64,000 nucleotides of DNA from Torpedo marmorata (taxonomy: Eukaryota), in contig OZ360221.1 in NCBI GenBank assembly GCA_977017645.1, positions 7,812,001 through 7,876,000 on the forward strand. The letters are read 5' to 3'. The notes below the pieces were generated by a model. That model ran no database searches and was not told the DNA's origin. It saw only the letters and a list, made by a program, of their open reading frames with translations. A program made the translations under genes and the position numbers. Shown piece after piece: positions 38,501 through 53,500 of this stretch (positions within the stretch are counted from its first letter, which is position 1; the number at the start of each line of letters is the position of its first letter).

Positions 38501-41500
38501 TGAAATGGATTCGACAATGGCTGGAGGAGAGAAGCCAGAAAGTAGTGGTGGATGATTGCTTCTCAGACTGGAGGCATGTGACTAGTGGTGTGCCTCAGGG
38601 ATCGGTACTGGGAACATTGTTGTTTGTCATCTATATCAATGATCTGGAATATAATGTGATATATTGGATCAGAAAGTGTGCAGATGACACTAAGATTGTA
38701 GGTGTTGTGGACATCGAAGAAGGTTTTCAAAGCTTGCAGAGGGTCTGGACCAGCTATAAAAATGGGCTGAAATATGGCAGCTGGAATTTAATGCAGACAA
38801 ATGTGAGGTGTTGCATTTTGGAATGATAAACCAAGAAAGGACATACACGGTACATGGTAGGGCACTGAGGAGTGCGGTAGAACAGAGGGATCTGGGAATA
38901 CAGATACATAATTCCCTCAAAGTGGTATCACAGGTGGATAGGGTTGTAAAGAGAGCTTCTGGCATATTGACCTTCATAAATCAAAGTATTGAGTACCGGA
39001 GTTATGTTGCTATGTTAAAGTTGTATAAGACATTGGTGTGGCCACATTTGGAGTATAGTGTGCAGTTTTGGTCACCTAACTACAGGAAAGTTATCAATAA
39101 CATAGAAAGAGGCAGAGAAGATTTCATAGGATGACGCCCGGACTTCAGGAACTGAGTTACAGGGAAAGGTTAAACAGGTTATGACTTTATTCCCTGGAGC
39201 GAAGAAGAATGAAGGGAGATTTGATGGAGGTATTATACTTATGAGCGGGATAGACAGAGGAAATGTAGATAGGCTTTTTCCACTTAGGGTAGGTGAGATA
39301 ACAACCAGAGGACATGGGGTAAGAGTGAAAGGGGAAAAGTTGAGGGGGAACGTGAGGGGGAACAACTTCACACAGAGAGTGGTGTGGGTGTGGAATGAGC
39401 TTTCAGCTGAAGTGATGAATGCAGGCTACATTTTAACATTTAAGAGGAATTTGGACAGATACATGGCTGGGAGAGGTATGGAGGGCTATGGACGGCGTGC
39501 AGGACAGTGGGACGGGAAGAAAATGGTTCGCAACAAACTAGGAGGGCCGAAGGGGCCTCTTTCTGTGATGTGGAGTTCTATGCTTCTATGGAATACCACT
39601 CTGACCCATGTTTGTTCTTTACCATCCCCTCTGACCTTCCCGTCTCTGAGACAGGGCGCTCGGTTCTCAGCAGAGGCCTTACCTTCGTCCACCCACCTCC
39701 TCGCCCACACCTTAATGTGTTCTGTGCATGCCACGATGCCCAATTCCTGTTCCATCGCCTCCGGTTCCAGGCCTACGTTCACCACCGTGACTCTCCACCC
39801 CCTACCCAAGACCCCTTCTCCCACTTTAAGCCTTCTGCTTCTTCTTTGGCACTTCGTCGCGGCCAGCTGCCCGCTCTGCATATTTTGTATTGCCAATTGA
39901 AACTGAGACATCAATCGTCCCAACGTCACCACTCCTCTCTCTTATTCTAATCTTAATTTCTCCGAGCGCTCTGCCATCCACTGTCCGTGCAATAATCCCA
40001 ACCTCACCATCAAACCCGCAGACAAGAGGAGTGCTGTTGTGGTCTGACGCTCTGACCTCAACGTTACTGAGGCCAGACGACAGCTCTCAGATACCTTATC
40101 ATACTACTCTTTCCACAGGTCCCCACCACAGCTCATCAAGCCTCCGTCTCCAACACCATCTCCAACCTCATCACCTCTGGTTATATCCCCACACAGCCTC
40201 CGACCCCATTGTTCCCCATCCCCGCACTGCCCTGTTCTACCTTTTTCCCATGATACATAAACCCACCCATCCGGATAGACCCATTGTTTCCGTTTGCTCA
40301 TGCCTCGCCGAACTAGTTTTGTCTTACCTTGACTATATTATCTCCCCTAGTCCAATCCTTCCCCACCTATATCCACGATTCTTCACATGCCCTCCATCTC
40401 TTCAATGACTTCAAATTCACTGAACTGCATAGCCTCAGTTTTACAGATGTCCAATCCCTTCATCGCTCCATCCCCCATACGGAATATCTTAAAGCAATTC
40501 ACTTCTTTCTGGACAAGATACCCAAACACTCACCCTCTATCAGCACCCTATTCTGCCTGGTAGAACTTGTCCACATTCTATATAACTTCTCCTTTGATTC
40601 ATCTCACTTCCTCCAAGTCAATGGAGTGGTCATGGGTACCCGTATGTGTCATACCTACGCATGCCTTGTGGGCTTTGTGGAACAATCCATGCTGTAAACC
40701 TACACAGGCAAGGCTCCTCAATTCTTTCACCGCTATATTGACGACAACATTGGGGCTGCCTCATGCATCCGCGATGAGCTCGTCAACTTCATTCATTTCG
40801 CTGCCAACTACCACCGCGATCACAAAGTCACCTGGTCCATCCCCGACAATACTCTCCCCTGTCTGGATCCCTCTGTCTCCATCTCGGGAGACAATCTTTC
40901 TACCGACATATATTACAAACCCGCCAACTCCCACAACTACCTCACACCCTGTTCCCTGCAAGGATTCTAATTCCTTCGCACAATTTATCCAACTCCGCCC
41001 CCTGTGTTTCCAAGATGAGGTCTTCCAGTCCAGATCATCTGAAATGTCCGTCTTCATCCACAAACGTGGATTCCCCTCCACCACCATCAACTTAGCCCTA
41101 ACCCGCCTCTCCTCCATTTCCTGCTCATCTGCCCTGTCCCCCTCTGCACCTCGACTTAACACACACAAGATTCCCCTTGTCCTTACCCACCACCCCACCA
41201 GCCTCGGCATCAAAGACATTATCCTCCGGAATTGTCGGCACTTACAACAGGATCGCTCTACCAGACACATCTTGCTCTCTCCTCCTCTCTCTGCCTTCCG
41301 AAAGGACCGCTTCCTCCGTGACTCCCTCGTGCATCCACCCCTCCCCACTTATCGACCCCCGGCACCTTCTGTACCACCCTGCCGCCCACACCTACGCCCA
41401 CACCTACTCCCTCACCACTGTCCGGGGCTCCAAGCAGATCTTTCAAGTGAAGCAACACTTGATTGGGCGCAGACCGGGAGCTCGTTTCGCTCAGCACCTT

Positions 41501-44500
41501 CACTCTGTCTGCATCAGTGACAGGGACATCCCTGTGGCTCATTATTTCAGTTCTGCGTACCATTCCCATCCTCACGTATCGTTCCACGGCCTCATGCACT
41601 ATCCCAACAAGACCACCCGGAAATTGAAGGAACATCACTTTATTATCCGTCTGGGCACTTTCCAGCCGGATGGCATTCACATCGACTTCTCCGGTTTCTG
41701 CTAACCTGCTCTCCTTTCTCCCTCCCTTCCTTTCCCCTGTCTTCCTTCCCTCAGCTCTCCACCCTCTTTCCTCTCTATTCACCGAGCCATTCCCCCTCCA
41801 CCAGCTTTCGGCTGTGCCCTCCCTCCTTCATTTGGGACCATGCTCCTCCCCCAGGCCTGCCCCTGACCTTTTTATTCGGACGTCTTCCGACATTTTCCCA
41901 CAGCTTGATAAAGGTCTCAAGCCCGAAACGTCGGTAATGTATTTTTATCTTTGGCATATAAAGTACAGTGTGAGACCTGCTGAGTTCTCCAGCCTTGTGT
42001 TTTTTATTGGAGAAGATGGGAAGTAACATTATCGATCAGTTTTTACTTTCAATTCTCCCTCTGGAACGAGCTTCACTGCTCCTTGCTCAATAGGGTTTGC
42101 TTTACCTTCCAGGAAAGAACGTGGCGTTGGGATCCAGGTCCACGCAGTCCAGCACTTCCGGTCGAGCTGGGGCTGAGCGTGCCACTGATGGCAACAAAGA
42201 CAACTCCTGTACACAGACTAAGAAAAGCAACGGCCCTTGGTGGAGAGTCGACCTTAATGAAACCTACGCCGTGTCAGCCGTACGAATCAGCACCAGAACA
42301 GACTGCTGCTCCGAATGGCTGCTGGGAGCCGAGATCCGCATCGGAAATTCGTTGCACAACAACGGGAATTCCAACAGACTGTAAGTGTTGAACGGCGAAC
42401 ACCGGCACTCTTTCATCTGTATCTCGTGAAGCACTGTGTATGATTGTGAGAGTTTCAATATTCCCGAAGCCCTGTCGTAACTGTGTAGAACTGCGGACTG
42501 CTGCGTCTTTTATTTAAACACTTAACTCCAATCGAGACACGAAGAAATTCTAGCCTTTATATTAACCACTTTTAAAGACAAGATATAGATAAAAGATCCG
42601 CACATGTTAACCACAGATTGGCAGCTATAGTGGACCAAAGGTCCTAGTCACTAAACCATTGTTGGTAGTTTCACCGCTCATTCAAACACTATAAACGGCG
42701 GCTGATTGGAGGCGACAGTTGAAAGGAAGAGTAATTTCGCATGAACCTACATCTCTGATGCAATGAGGTCTTCTTGTTATAGACATCACCAAGTGATCAA
42801 TGCGGACACATAAACATGGCGTGCATACTCGCCCATAGTTGTGCAGTGTTCGAGACTATTCTTGCCTTTGCATCTCAACTTGTGGCAAAGGTGATTGAAT
42901 TTAAAGCATTGTATAATCTTACAATGTTTGATTATAACATGCTGATTGTGACGTTCGATGGGCCGCAAATTACAGGCTGTGCTGCCATTGTTCACTTGCA
43001 CCATATTTCAGAAAATTGTGGAGCTGGAGATGCTTCCTAATCCCTGTGCGTTCCATGTCTTTCAGCTGTGGTACCGTCAAATCCGTTGCTGCATCGACAC
43101 TTATTTTCCGTTGTGGTGGATTTACGGGTCGATATGTGAATATCATCGTCCCCGGACTTGGTAGAATCCTGACCCTGTGCGAGGTTCAGGTGTTTGGTTC
43201 TAAACTTCCCTCATTAGAAGGAGCAGGTAGGTTTTGAAAGTGCTTCAAGGCTCTTGTTGTTTACACACTCAGCTATTCAGTTCGATGCGATCTCGGCAGG
43301 CATCATTCGATTCGGCGCCAATGGAAATGTTTCTATTGCATTCATAGAGGAATAGGATCGAAGAACAGGGAATGTGATGATGAGAGTTTATATCGCACTG
43401 GTGAGGCTTCGCTTGGAGCAAGGGGTACAGTTTTGATCTCCGTATTTACGAAAGGGTGTGCTGATATTGAGAGGGTTCAGAAAGGATTTACAAGAATGAT
43501 TCCTAGAATGAAGGGATCAGCAGATTAGAACATTTTTGATGGCACGTGGCCAACATTCCTTGGAGTTCAGATGAATGCTGGGAAAGAAATAAAGAACGAA
43601 GAAGGAGAAGGAGAAGACGATCCCTCAGAGAAGCAGTTCGGAGGCTGAAAGGCCTGGACAGCGTCGATGTTGCCAGGAGTTTCGAAATGGTAGGGGAGTC
43701 AAGGTCAAGTGGGCAAAATATCAGAGATGAAGTGCACCAATTGCAAACAGAGATGCGGAGGAATTTCTTCAGCCAAATAGTGTCGAATCTCTGGAATTCT
43801 CTACCCCGGACGGCTGTGGAGGCCAAGTAGTTTGGTATATTTAAGGCAGATATTGATATTTATCTGACTAAAAAGGGTAATAAACGTTATAGGGAGAAGG
43901 CAGGGGAGTCAGGCTGAGTGGGTGAATGGATCAGCGCCTGACGCAATGGCAGCGGACCGACGGGCCGAATGGTATGCTTCTCTGCAATCATATTACAATG
44001 GTTTCAATATTGATTTCAGGGCCTCCAAAATTGATAAACCCGATTCACACTGAAAACAGCAGATGCTGGAATCTGAAGCTAGATACAACCGGCTGGAGGA
44101 ATTAAGCGGATCACAATATTGAGAGTATGAATAAGAATGGTCTCTGGGATGCGCCGGAACCCTTCATCAAGACAACGAATGGTTTTGATTAAAGGTTCCA
44201 GCAGGAAACCGTGAACACTCATTTTCCACCACGGCTGCCGCTCCACACGTTGAGTTCCTCCAGCAGATTGTGCTTCGCTTCGGCAATCCCTGCTTTGAGT
44301 CTGCAGCATCAAAACAATTGGCCCTCTGCACCCACACACAGAAGTTGTTTGGGGATAAGCTCCCTAAATGGCAACGCGAAGAAGTTGCAAAAATTTTAGA
44401 AAAGGAGATTGTGGACTGGAGTGATGGGCTGTACAGACCACAGTGAGGATCGCGTAAGGGAAATCAGATGATCTCAACCTCAATGAATAACAAAATAATT

Positions 44501-47500
44501 CCACCATCTATGGCAATATAGGGAAAGGTCACCACGGCGAGATTTGGTACGGTTGCCGGCATTTATTCTGTTGCATTCACGTGACCTGCTCACCCATATT
44601 CTAAACAGGTGTTTTGGGAAAAGGCACCTGCAGCCCATTGTGTTCCTGATCATAACTAACCATGCTGCCCAAAGTGGGAACATCATCGTCCTCCTCGTGT
44701 CCATAATTTCAAAGAATTATACCTCCCCTATACATGACGAGGGAGCTGAGAAACGCATCCTACAATTATCAATGAGTTTTTAGGTGGAGTGGAAGACCAA
44801 TATGCGCAAACAATGATGAGACTGCGGCTACGTGGGCGTTGGTGTCGAATTGACTCCATGCAGTTCTCTGTTTTCCCACTCAACAGCAAACGTGGCTCTC
44901 GGAGCATCTGCGATGCAGTCGAGTACATTTCAGCGAGGTGCTGCTCCGCGAGCCATTGATGGAAAGAGCAGCAGCACCTGGCGGCAAGGGTCCTGCACGC
45001 ACACTAAGAGAAGCAAGGACCCCTGGTGGCGAGTCCATCTGAAGGAAATATATAACGTTTCAGTTGTAAGAATCACCAACAGAAGAGACTGCTGCTCCAA
45101 ACGGCTCGAAGGAGCGGAGATACGAATTGGAAACGCTCTGTACAACGAGGGGAATTCCAACAGTCTGTAAGTACTCATGAACAAACGCCGGTTCTTCGCA
45201 GCTGTGACGTTGTTTTCTGAGAGTTCCATTGTTTCTATTACGTTGATGACAAAGAGGAGTGGATATAGTGGTAATATGAGGGTAACTTAGTTCGTGTCTG
45301 ACTGTGGAGGAAAATATATCTTTGCAGTAGCGATACATTGATGAGTGTTACAGTTCCAGAAAGGGAGACCACATCTCCAGCAATGAAGTTTCCAGTACTT
45401 GTCAGGAAATTTTCACGATATGGTTCAATGCGCTGAAGACTCAGACTTCATGTAAATTCTGGTCTGTGCTCACTTTCGTCTATTTCAGCTGTGGAACCGT
45501 ACATGCTGATTCCGGAACGAAGTTTACATTCAGTTGCGTTGGCTTCACGGGTCGATTTGTGAACATCATCATCCGAGGCCGGAGTAAAATCCTGACCCTG
45601 TGCGAGGTCGAGGTGTTTGGTTCTGAACTCCCGTCATTCGAACATGAAGGTAGGTTGAAGTCCTTGCTGAGTCAGTCTCTGCAGACCCGCTCACAGTCTC
45701 AGTCAATGGATCGTATTTGGGGACGTATGATAAGTACATCTGGATGGGTGTCAGACATGGAGGCCGAGTGTCCATAGTGATGATTAGTGCAGTGAAATGT
45801 TAAGTTCACTCCTTCATCGACATAAAAGAGCAGAAAGTAAAACCAAAATGAGTGGGGGGTATTTCGTGAGCTTTCCCCATATGGCTTCTCTTCGCACCCC
45901 GTACAAACTTAACATCTTTATGGCTAGACTCTGTTACATACAGGATTGAAAATAACGGTCTTTCAATGTATATGTCAGGTCTGGTGATCCCATCCTCAGA
46001 AGCAACGTCTGTGTCCGTTGGATTCGCGGAACCCACGAGACGAAGCGCTTTGCCAAGAGCATCGACAGACGCCACGGTTCACCGCCAAGATAAGACCGCT
46101 GGAGGTTCCAGACTTCCCGGATCTACGTTCGGTAGCACAATAGTTCCATTTCTTTCAGTTACTGAACGAGCTGCTAACATATTACTGGGAAACGCCAATA
46201 GCCTCAGAACTCTCGCTTTGCAAACGGTGTTCGATGGTAAATTCCGTCAAGAGGCCTGGCTTCTTGGGGTGTGCAGGACATGCGATGTTGAATAGTTTTT
46301 TGTGAATGATGTCGAAGGAGATGACTTGGAGAGCCGAGTAAAACGAGGCATCATTCACGCAATCTTGTCCACGAACGCCACCGCTTAGAACTATCGGCAG
46401 GCCGGCACATTTTCCGAGCACCTCTCATTCCCTATTGATCGATGCGCGTCATCAAAATCTTCCTGAGGCACTGCATCTTGTTTCGAAACAACAAACTCAG
46501 TATCAGCCCAATTTTTTTTTCAAAAATTAAATGTAGACATGCATTTAATTTTTAGTAAGAGGCCCGTCCGGCTCACGAGACCGTGCCGTCCAATATCCAC
46601 AGATTAACGGACAAACCCCGAACATCTTGAAGGGTGGGTGGGGGGGATTAAATGCGGAGCGCCCGGAGAAACCCACAGAGACACCTGGATAACGTATAAA
46701 CACCTGACAGACAGCAGCGGAATCGAAGGCTGCTCACTGTAATAGCGTTGCGTTAACTGTTACCCTAACAGCTCCAAATGTAACCCCGAAAATTATAGGC
46801 CGTTGAGCCTGAGGTCAATAGTAGGTAAATTATTGGAAGGTGTTCTAAGAGATCGGATATACAATTATTTGGATAGCCATGGACTGATTATGGATAGGCA
46901 ACATGGCTTCGGGCGTGCTAGGTCGTGTTTAACAAACCTTGTAGAGTTTTCGAGGAGGTTACCAGGAAAGATGACGAAGGAAAGGCTGTGGATGTCGTCT
47001 ACATGGACTTTAGTAAGGCCTTTGACAAGGTCCCACATGGGTGGTTAGTCAGGAAGGTTCAGACGCTTGGTATTAATGGTGAAGTAGTGAAATGGATTCG
47101 ACAATGGCTGGAGGAGAGAAGCCAGAAACTAATGGTGGATGATTGCTTCTCAGACTGGAGGCCTGTGACTAGTGGTGTGCCTCAGGGATCGGTGCTGCGA
47201 CCATTGTTGTTTGTTGTCTATATCAATGATCTGGATGATAATGTGATTTATTGGATCAGAAAGTGTGCAGATGACACTAAGATTGGTGGTGTTGTGGACA
47301 GCGAAGAAGATTTTCAAAGCTTGCAGAGGGTCTAGACCAGCTGGAAAAATGGGCTGAAATATGGCAGCTGGAATTTAATGCAGACAAGTGTGAGGTGTTG
47401 CATTTTGGAAGGACAAACCAAGAAAGGACCTACACGGTACATGGTAGGGCACTGAGGAGTGCGGTGGAACGGAGGGATCTGGGAATACAGATACATAATT

Positions 47501-50500
47501 CCCTCAAAGTGGTATCACAGGTGGACAGGGTTGTAAAGAGAGCTTCTGGCATATTGGCCTTCATAAATCAAAGTATTGAGTACCGGAGTTATGTTGCTAT
47601 GTGTGCAGTTTTTGTCACCTAACTACAGGAAAGGTATCAATAACATAGAAAGAAGCAGAGAAGATTTCATAGGATGACGCCCGGACTTCAGGAACTGAGT
47701 TACAGGGAAAGGTTAAACAGGTTATGACTTTATTCACTGGAGCGTAGAAGAATGAGGGAAGATTTGTTGGAGGTATTATACTTATGAGGGGGTAGACAGA
47801 GTAAATGTAGATAGGCTTTTTCCACTGAGAGTAGGTGAGATACAAACCAGAGGACATGGGGTAAGAGTGAAAGGGGAAAAGTTGAGGGGGAACATGAGGG
47901 GGAACAACTTCACACAGAGAGTGGTGTGGGTGTGGAATGAGCTTTCAGCTGAAGTGATGAATGCAGGGTACATTTTAACATTTAAGAGGAATTTGGACAG
48001 ATACATGGCTGGGAGAGGTATGGAGGGCTATGGACTGCGTGCAGGAAAGTGGGACGAGAAGAAAATGGTTCGGAACAAACTAGGAGGGCCGAAGGGGCCT
48101 CTTTCTGTGATGTGGAGTTCTATGCTTCTATGGAATCCCACTCTGACCCATGTTTGTTCTTTACCATCCCCTCTGACCTTCCCATCTCTGAGACAGGGCG
48201 GTCGGTTCTCAGCAGAGGCCTTACGTTCGTCCACCCACCTCCTCGCCCACACCTTAATGTGTTCTGTGCATGCCACGATGCCCAATTCCTGTTCCGTCGC
48301 CTCCGGTTCCAGGCCTACGTTCACCACCGTGACTCTCCACCCCCTACCCAAGACCCCTTCTCCCACTTTAAGCCTTCTGCTTCCTCTTTGGCACTTCGTC
48401 GCGGCCAGCTGCCCGCTCTGCATATTTTGTATTGCCAATTGAAGCTGAGACATCAATCGTCCCAACGTCACCACTCCTCTCTCTTATTCTAATCTTAATT
48501 TCTCCGAGCGCTCTGCCATCCACTGTCCGTGCAACAATCCCAACCTCACCATCAAACCCGCAGACAAGGGGAGGGCTGTTGTGGTCTGACGCTCTGACCT
48601 CAACGTTACTGAGGCCAGACGACAGCTCTCAGACACCTTATCATACTACTCTTTCCACAGGTCCCCACCACAGCTCATCAAGCCTCCGTCTCCAACACCA
48701 TCTCCAACCTCATCACCTCTGGTCATATCCCCACACAGCCTCCGACCCCATTGTTCCCCATCCCCGCACTGCCCTGTTCTACCTTTTTCCCATGATACAT
48801 AAACCCACCCATCCGGATAGACCCATTGTTTCCGTTTGCTCATGCCTCGCTGAACTAACTTTGTCTTATCTTGACTATATTATCTCCCCTAGTCCAATCC
48901 TTCCCCACCTACATCCACGATTCTTCACATGCCCTCCATCTCTTCAATGACTTCAAATTCCCTGAACTGCATAGCCTCAGTTTTACAGATGTCCAATCCC
49001 TTTATCCCTCCATCCCCCATACGGAATATCTTAAAGCACTTCACTTCTTTCTGGACAAGATACCCAAACAGTCACCCTCTATCAGCACCCTATTCTGCCT
49101 GGTAGAACTTTTCCTCATTCTAAATAACTTCTCCTTTGATTCATCTCACTTCCTCCAAGTCAATGGAGTGGTCATGGGTACCCGTATGTGTCATACCTAC
49201 GCATGCCTTGTGGGCTTTGTGGAGCAATCCATGCTGCAAACCTACACAGGCAAGGCTCCACAACTCTTCCACCGCTATAATGACGACAACATTGGGGCTG
49301 CCTCATGCATCCGCGATGAGCTCGTCAACTTCATTCATTTCGCTGCCAACTTCCACCGCGATCACAAAGTCACCTGGTCCATCCCCGACAATACTCTCCC
49401 CTGTCTGGATCCCTCTGTCTACATCTCGGGAGACAAGCTTTCTACCGACATATATTACAAACCCGCCAACTCCCACAACTACCTCACACCCTGTCCCCTG
49501 CAAGGATTCTATTTCCTTCGCACAATTTATCCAACTCCGCCCCCTGTTCCCAAGATGAGGTCTTCCAGTCCACATCATCTGAAATGTCCGTCTTCATCCA
49601 CAAAGGTGGATTCCCCTCCACTACCATCAACTTAGCCCTCACCCGCCTCTCCTCCATTTCCTGCTCATCTGCCCTGTCCCCCTCTGCACCTCGACTTAAC
49701 ACACACAAGATTCCCTTGTCCTTACCCACATCCCCACCAGCCTCCGCATCCAAGACATTATCCTTCGGAATTGTCGGCACTTACAACAGGATCGCTCTAC
49801 CAGACACATCTTGCTCTCTCCTCCTCTCTCTATGCCTTCCGAAAGGACCGCTTCCTCCGTGACTCCCTCGTGCACCCATCCCTCCCCACTAATCGACCCC
49901 CGGCACCTTCTCCAGCGGCGGCAGGATGTACCACCCTGCCGCCCACACCTACTCCCTCACCACTGTCCGGGGCCCCAAACAGATCTTTCAAGTGAAGCCA
50001 CACTTGATTGGGCGCAGACCGGGAGCTCGTTTCGCTGAGCACCTTCACTCTGTCTGCATCAGTGACAGGGACATCCCTGTGGCTAATTATTTCAGTTCTG
50101 CGTACCATTCCCATCCTCACGTATCGTTCCACGGCCTCATGCACTATCCCAACAAGACCACCAGGAAATTGAAAGAACATCACTTTATTATCCGTCTGGT
50201 CACTTTCCAGCCGGATGGCATTCACATCGACTTCTCCGGTTTCTGCTAACCTGCTCTCCTTTCTCCCTCCCTTCCTTTCCCCTGTCTTCCTTCCCTCAGC
50301 TCTCCACCCTCTTTCCTCTCTATTCACCGAGCCATTCCCCCTCCACCAGCTCTCGGCTGTGCCCTCCCTCCTTCATTTGGGACCATGCTCCTCCCCCAGG
50401 CCTGCCCCTGACCTTTTTATTCGGACGTCTTCCGACATTTTCCCACAGCTTTATAAACGTCTCAAGCCCGAAACGTCGGTAATGTATTTTTATCTTTGGC

Positions 50501-53500
50501 ATATAAAGTACAGTGTGAGACCTGCTGAGTTCTCCAGCCTTGTGTTTTTTACTGGAGAAGATGGGAAGTGACATCATCGATCATCTTTTCCTTTCAATTC
50601 TTCCTCTGGAACGAGCTTCACTGCTCCTTGCTCAATAGGGTTTGCTTTACCTTCCAGGAAAGAACGTGGCGTTGGGATCCAGGTCCACGCAGTCCAGCAC
50701 TTCCGGTCGAGCTGGGGCTGAGCGTGCCACTGATGGCAACAAAGACAACTCCTGTACACAGACTAAGAAAAGCAACGGCCCTTGGTGGAGAGTCGACCTA
50801 AATGAAACCTACGCTGTGTCAGCCGTACGAATCAGCACCAGAACAGACTGCTGCTCCGAATGGCTCCTGGGAGCCGAAATCCGCATCGGAAATTCGTTGC
50901 ACAACAAAGGGAATTCCAACAGACTGTAAGTGTTGAACGGCGAATACCGGCACTCTTTCATCTGTATCTCGTGAAGCACTGTGTATGATTTTGAGAGTTT
51001 CAATATTCCCGAAGCCCTGTCGTAACTGTGTAGAACTGCGGACTGCTGCGTCTTTTATTTAAACACTTAACTCCAATCGAGACACGAAGAAATTCTAACC
51101 TTTATATTAACCACTTTTAAAGACAAGATATAGATAAAAGTTCCGCACATGTTAACCACAGATTGGCAGCTATAGTGGACCAAAGGTCCTGGTCACTAAA
51201 CCATTGTTGGTAGTTTCACCGCTCATTCAAACACTATAAACGGCGGCTGATTGGAGGCGACAGTTGAAAGGAAGAGTAATTTTGCATGAACCTACATCTC
51301 TGAATCAATGAGGTCTTCTTGTTATAGACATCACCAAGTGATCAATGCGGACACATAAACAGGGCGTGCATACTCGCCCATAATTGTGCAGTGCTCGAGA
51401 CTATTCTTGACTTTGCATCTCAACATGTGGCAAAGGTGATTGAATTTAAAGCAATTGTATAATCTTACAATGTTTGATTATAACATGCTGATTGTTACGT
51501 TCGATGGGCCGCAAATTACAGGCTGTGCTGCCATTGTTCACTCGCACCGTATTTCAGAAAATTGTGGAGCTCGAGATGCTTCCTAATCACTGTGCGTTCC
51601 ATGTCTTTCAGCTGTGGTACCGTCAAATCCGTTTCTGCATCGACACTTACTTTCAGTTGTGGTGGATTTACGGGTCGATATGTGAATATCGTCGTCCCGG
51701 GTCCTGGTAGAATCCTGACCCTGTGCGAGGTTCAGGTCGTTGGTTCCAAACTCCCCTCATTGGATGGAGAAGGTAGGTTTCGAATGTCCCCTGAGGTTCT
51801 TGTTGTTTACACCCTCATCTTTTCAGTTCCATTAGTTTCAGTTGATGCAATCTCGGCAGGCATCAATTGATTCGATGCCAATAGAAACACATTACTATTG
51901 CATTCATTGATGTACAGAGGTACAGGATCTAAGAGCAGGCATGTGATTATGAGGCTTTATATCGCTCTGGTGAGACCTCACTTGGATCAGAGGGGTACAG
52001 ATTTGTGTTCCTTGTTTATGAAAGTGTGGGATGACATTGAAATGGTTCAGAGAAGCTTTACAGGGATGAATCCTGGAATGAAGAGATCAGTAGACGAGGA
52101 ACATTATATTTGCTCTTAGACTATACTCATTGTAATTCAAAAGAATGAGGGGTTCCTCACAGACGTACTTCGTGCGTTGTACGGCCTGAACAGCGTAGAT
52201 GTATCTACGTTTTTTGCCATTTTATGGGAATCAAAGAAAAGTGGGAAACATTCAATCAGATGGGCACTTATTTGAAACAGATATGCGGACGAATTTATTC
52301 AACCAATCACTGTCGAACTTCAGGAATTTTCTGCCACGGTCGGCTGTGGAGGCCCGGTTGTTTGGTGTATCTGACTAGTCAAGGTTTCAAAGGTTATGGG
52401 GAGAAGGCACAGGATTGGGCTGAGTGGGAGAATGGACCAGCGAATGATGGAAGGCGGTGCGGAATGGAGGGGCCGAGCGGCCTTCTACTGCTCCGATATC
52501 GTATGTTCCTACGATCATATTGTTTAAGAACTGATCTCGGGGTCACGAGCACTGGTAAACCCGAGACATAGAAAGCAGCCGATGCTGGAATCTGACGCTG
52601 GACACAATCCGCTGGAAGAACTCAGCGGGTCACGAGGCTTGAGCTGATGAATAAGAATGGTCCACGGTAAGTTCCGGAACCATTCTTCAAGACAGCGACG
52701 CGTTTTGATTAAATGTTGCCCCACAAAACTCGAATATTCTTTCCACCACTGATTCCGCTCCACGCGTTGAGTTCCTTCAGCAGATTCTGCTTCACTTAGG
52801 TAAACCCTGCTTTAAATCCGGGGCACCAAAACAATTGACCTAATACACCTACACAGAGAAGCAGTTTGGCGATGAACCCCAGTAAGGGGCAGCGCCTAGT
52901 AGATGAAATTCTATAAGAAAACGAGAATGTGGAAGGTAGCGATAAGCCGGCCTCACCATCGTGATGATCGCTGCAGGGAAATGAGAAGATCGCAGCCTTA
53001 GTGAAAGATCAAAAATATTCCACCATCTCTGGCATTAGCGTCCAATGCGGCCATGTTTAGATTGATTATGGTTTCCGGTTTTAATTATGTCGCACTCACG
53101 TGACCTGCTCGCCCGGATTCTGAACTGGTGTCTTTTGAATAGACACCTGCAGTCCCGAGTGTTCCTCATCAGAACCAAGCACGTTGCAAAGAGCGCGATC
53201 TTCACCATGCTCACTGTCCAGATAATTTCCTCGAAATTATACCGCCGCGATACATGACGAGAGAGTTCAGAATCACATCCTGCCATTCTAAATGAGTTAT
53301 TACGTTGCGTGGAAGACAATTCGGCGCTAACGATGATGGGAATGATCTAGCTGGTTTATTTAAGTTTGATGAGAGTGCGGCTGCTTCGTCGTTGGAGTCA
53401 AATTGGATCCATGCAGTTCTCTGTTTGCCCACTCAACAGAAAACGTGGCTCTCGGAGCATCTGCGATGCAGTCGAGTACATTTCAGCGAGGTGCTGCTCA

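Larger units (their letters stand above)
34500..51630 (+). repeat. Recent ~8.6-kb tandem duplication (~34.5-43.1 kb vs ~43.1-51.6 kb)
   Basis: Offsets B10-B12 8582, A10-A12 8588, A11-A13 8545; shared SINE+CR1+Penelope block. Confidence 0.92.

Noticed and set aside
34500-51630. The 8.6-kb duplication as a pure assembly artefact
   Set aside because: The copies differ by many substitutions and indels and join through a hybrid exon with distinct flanks. A haplotype artefact is unlikely but can only be excluded with spanning reads.
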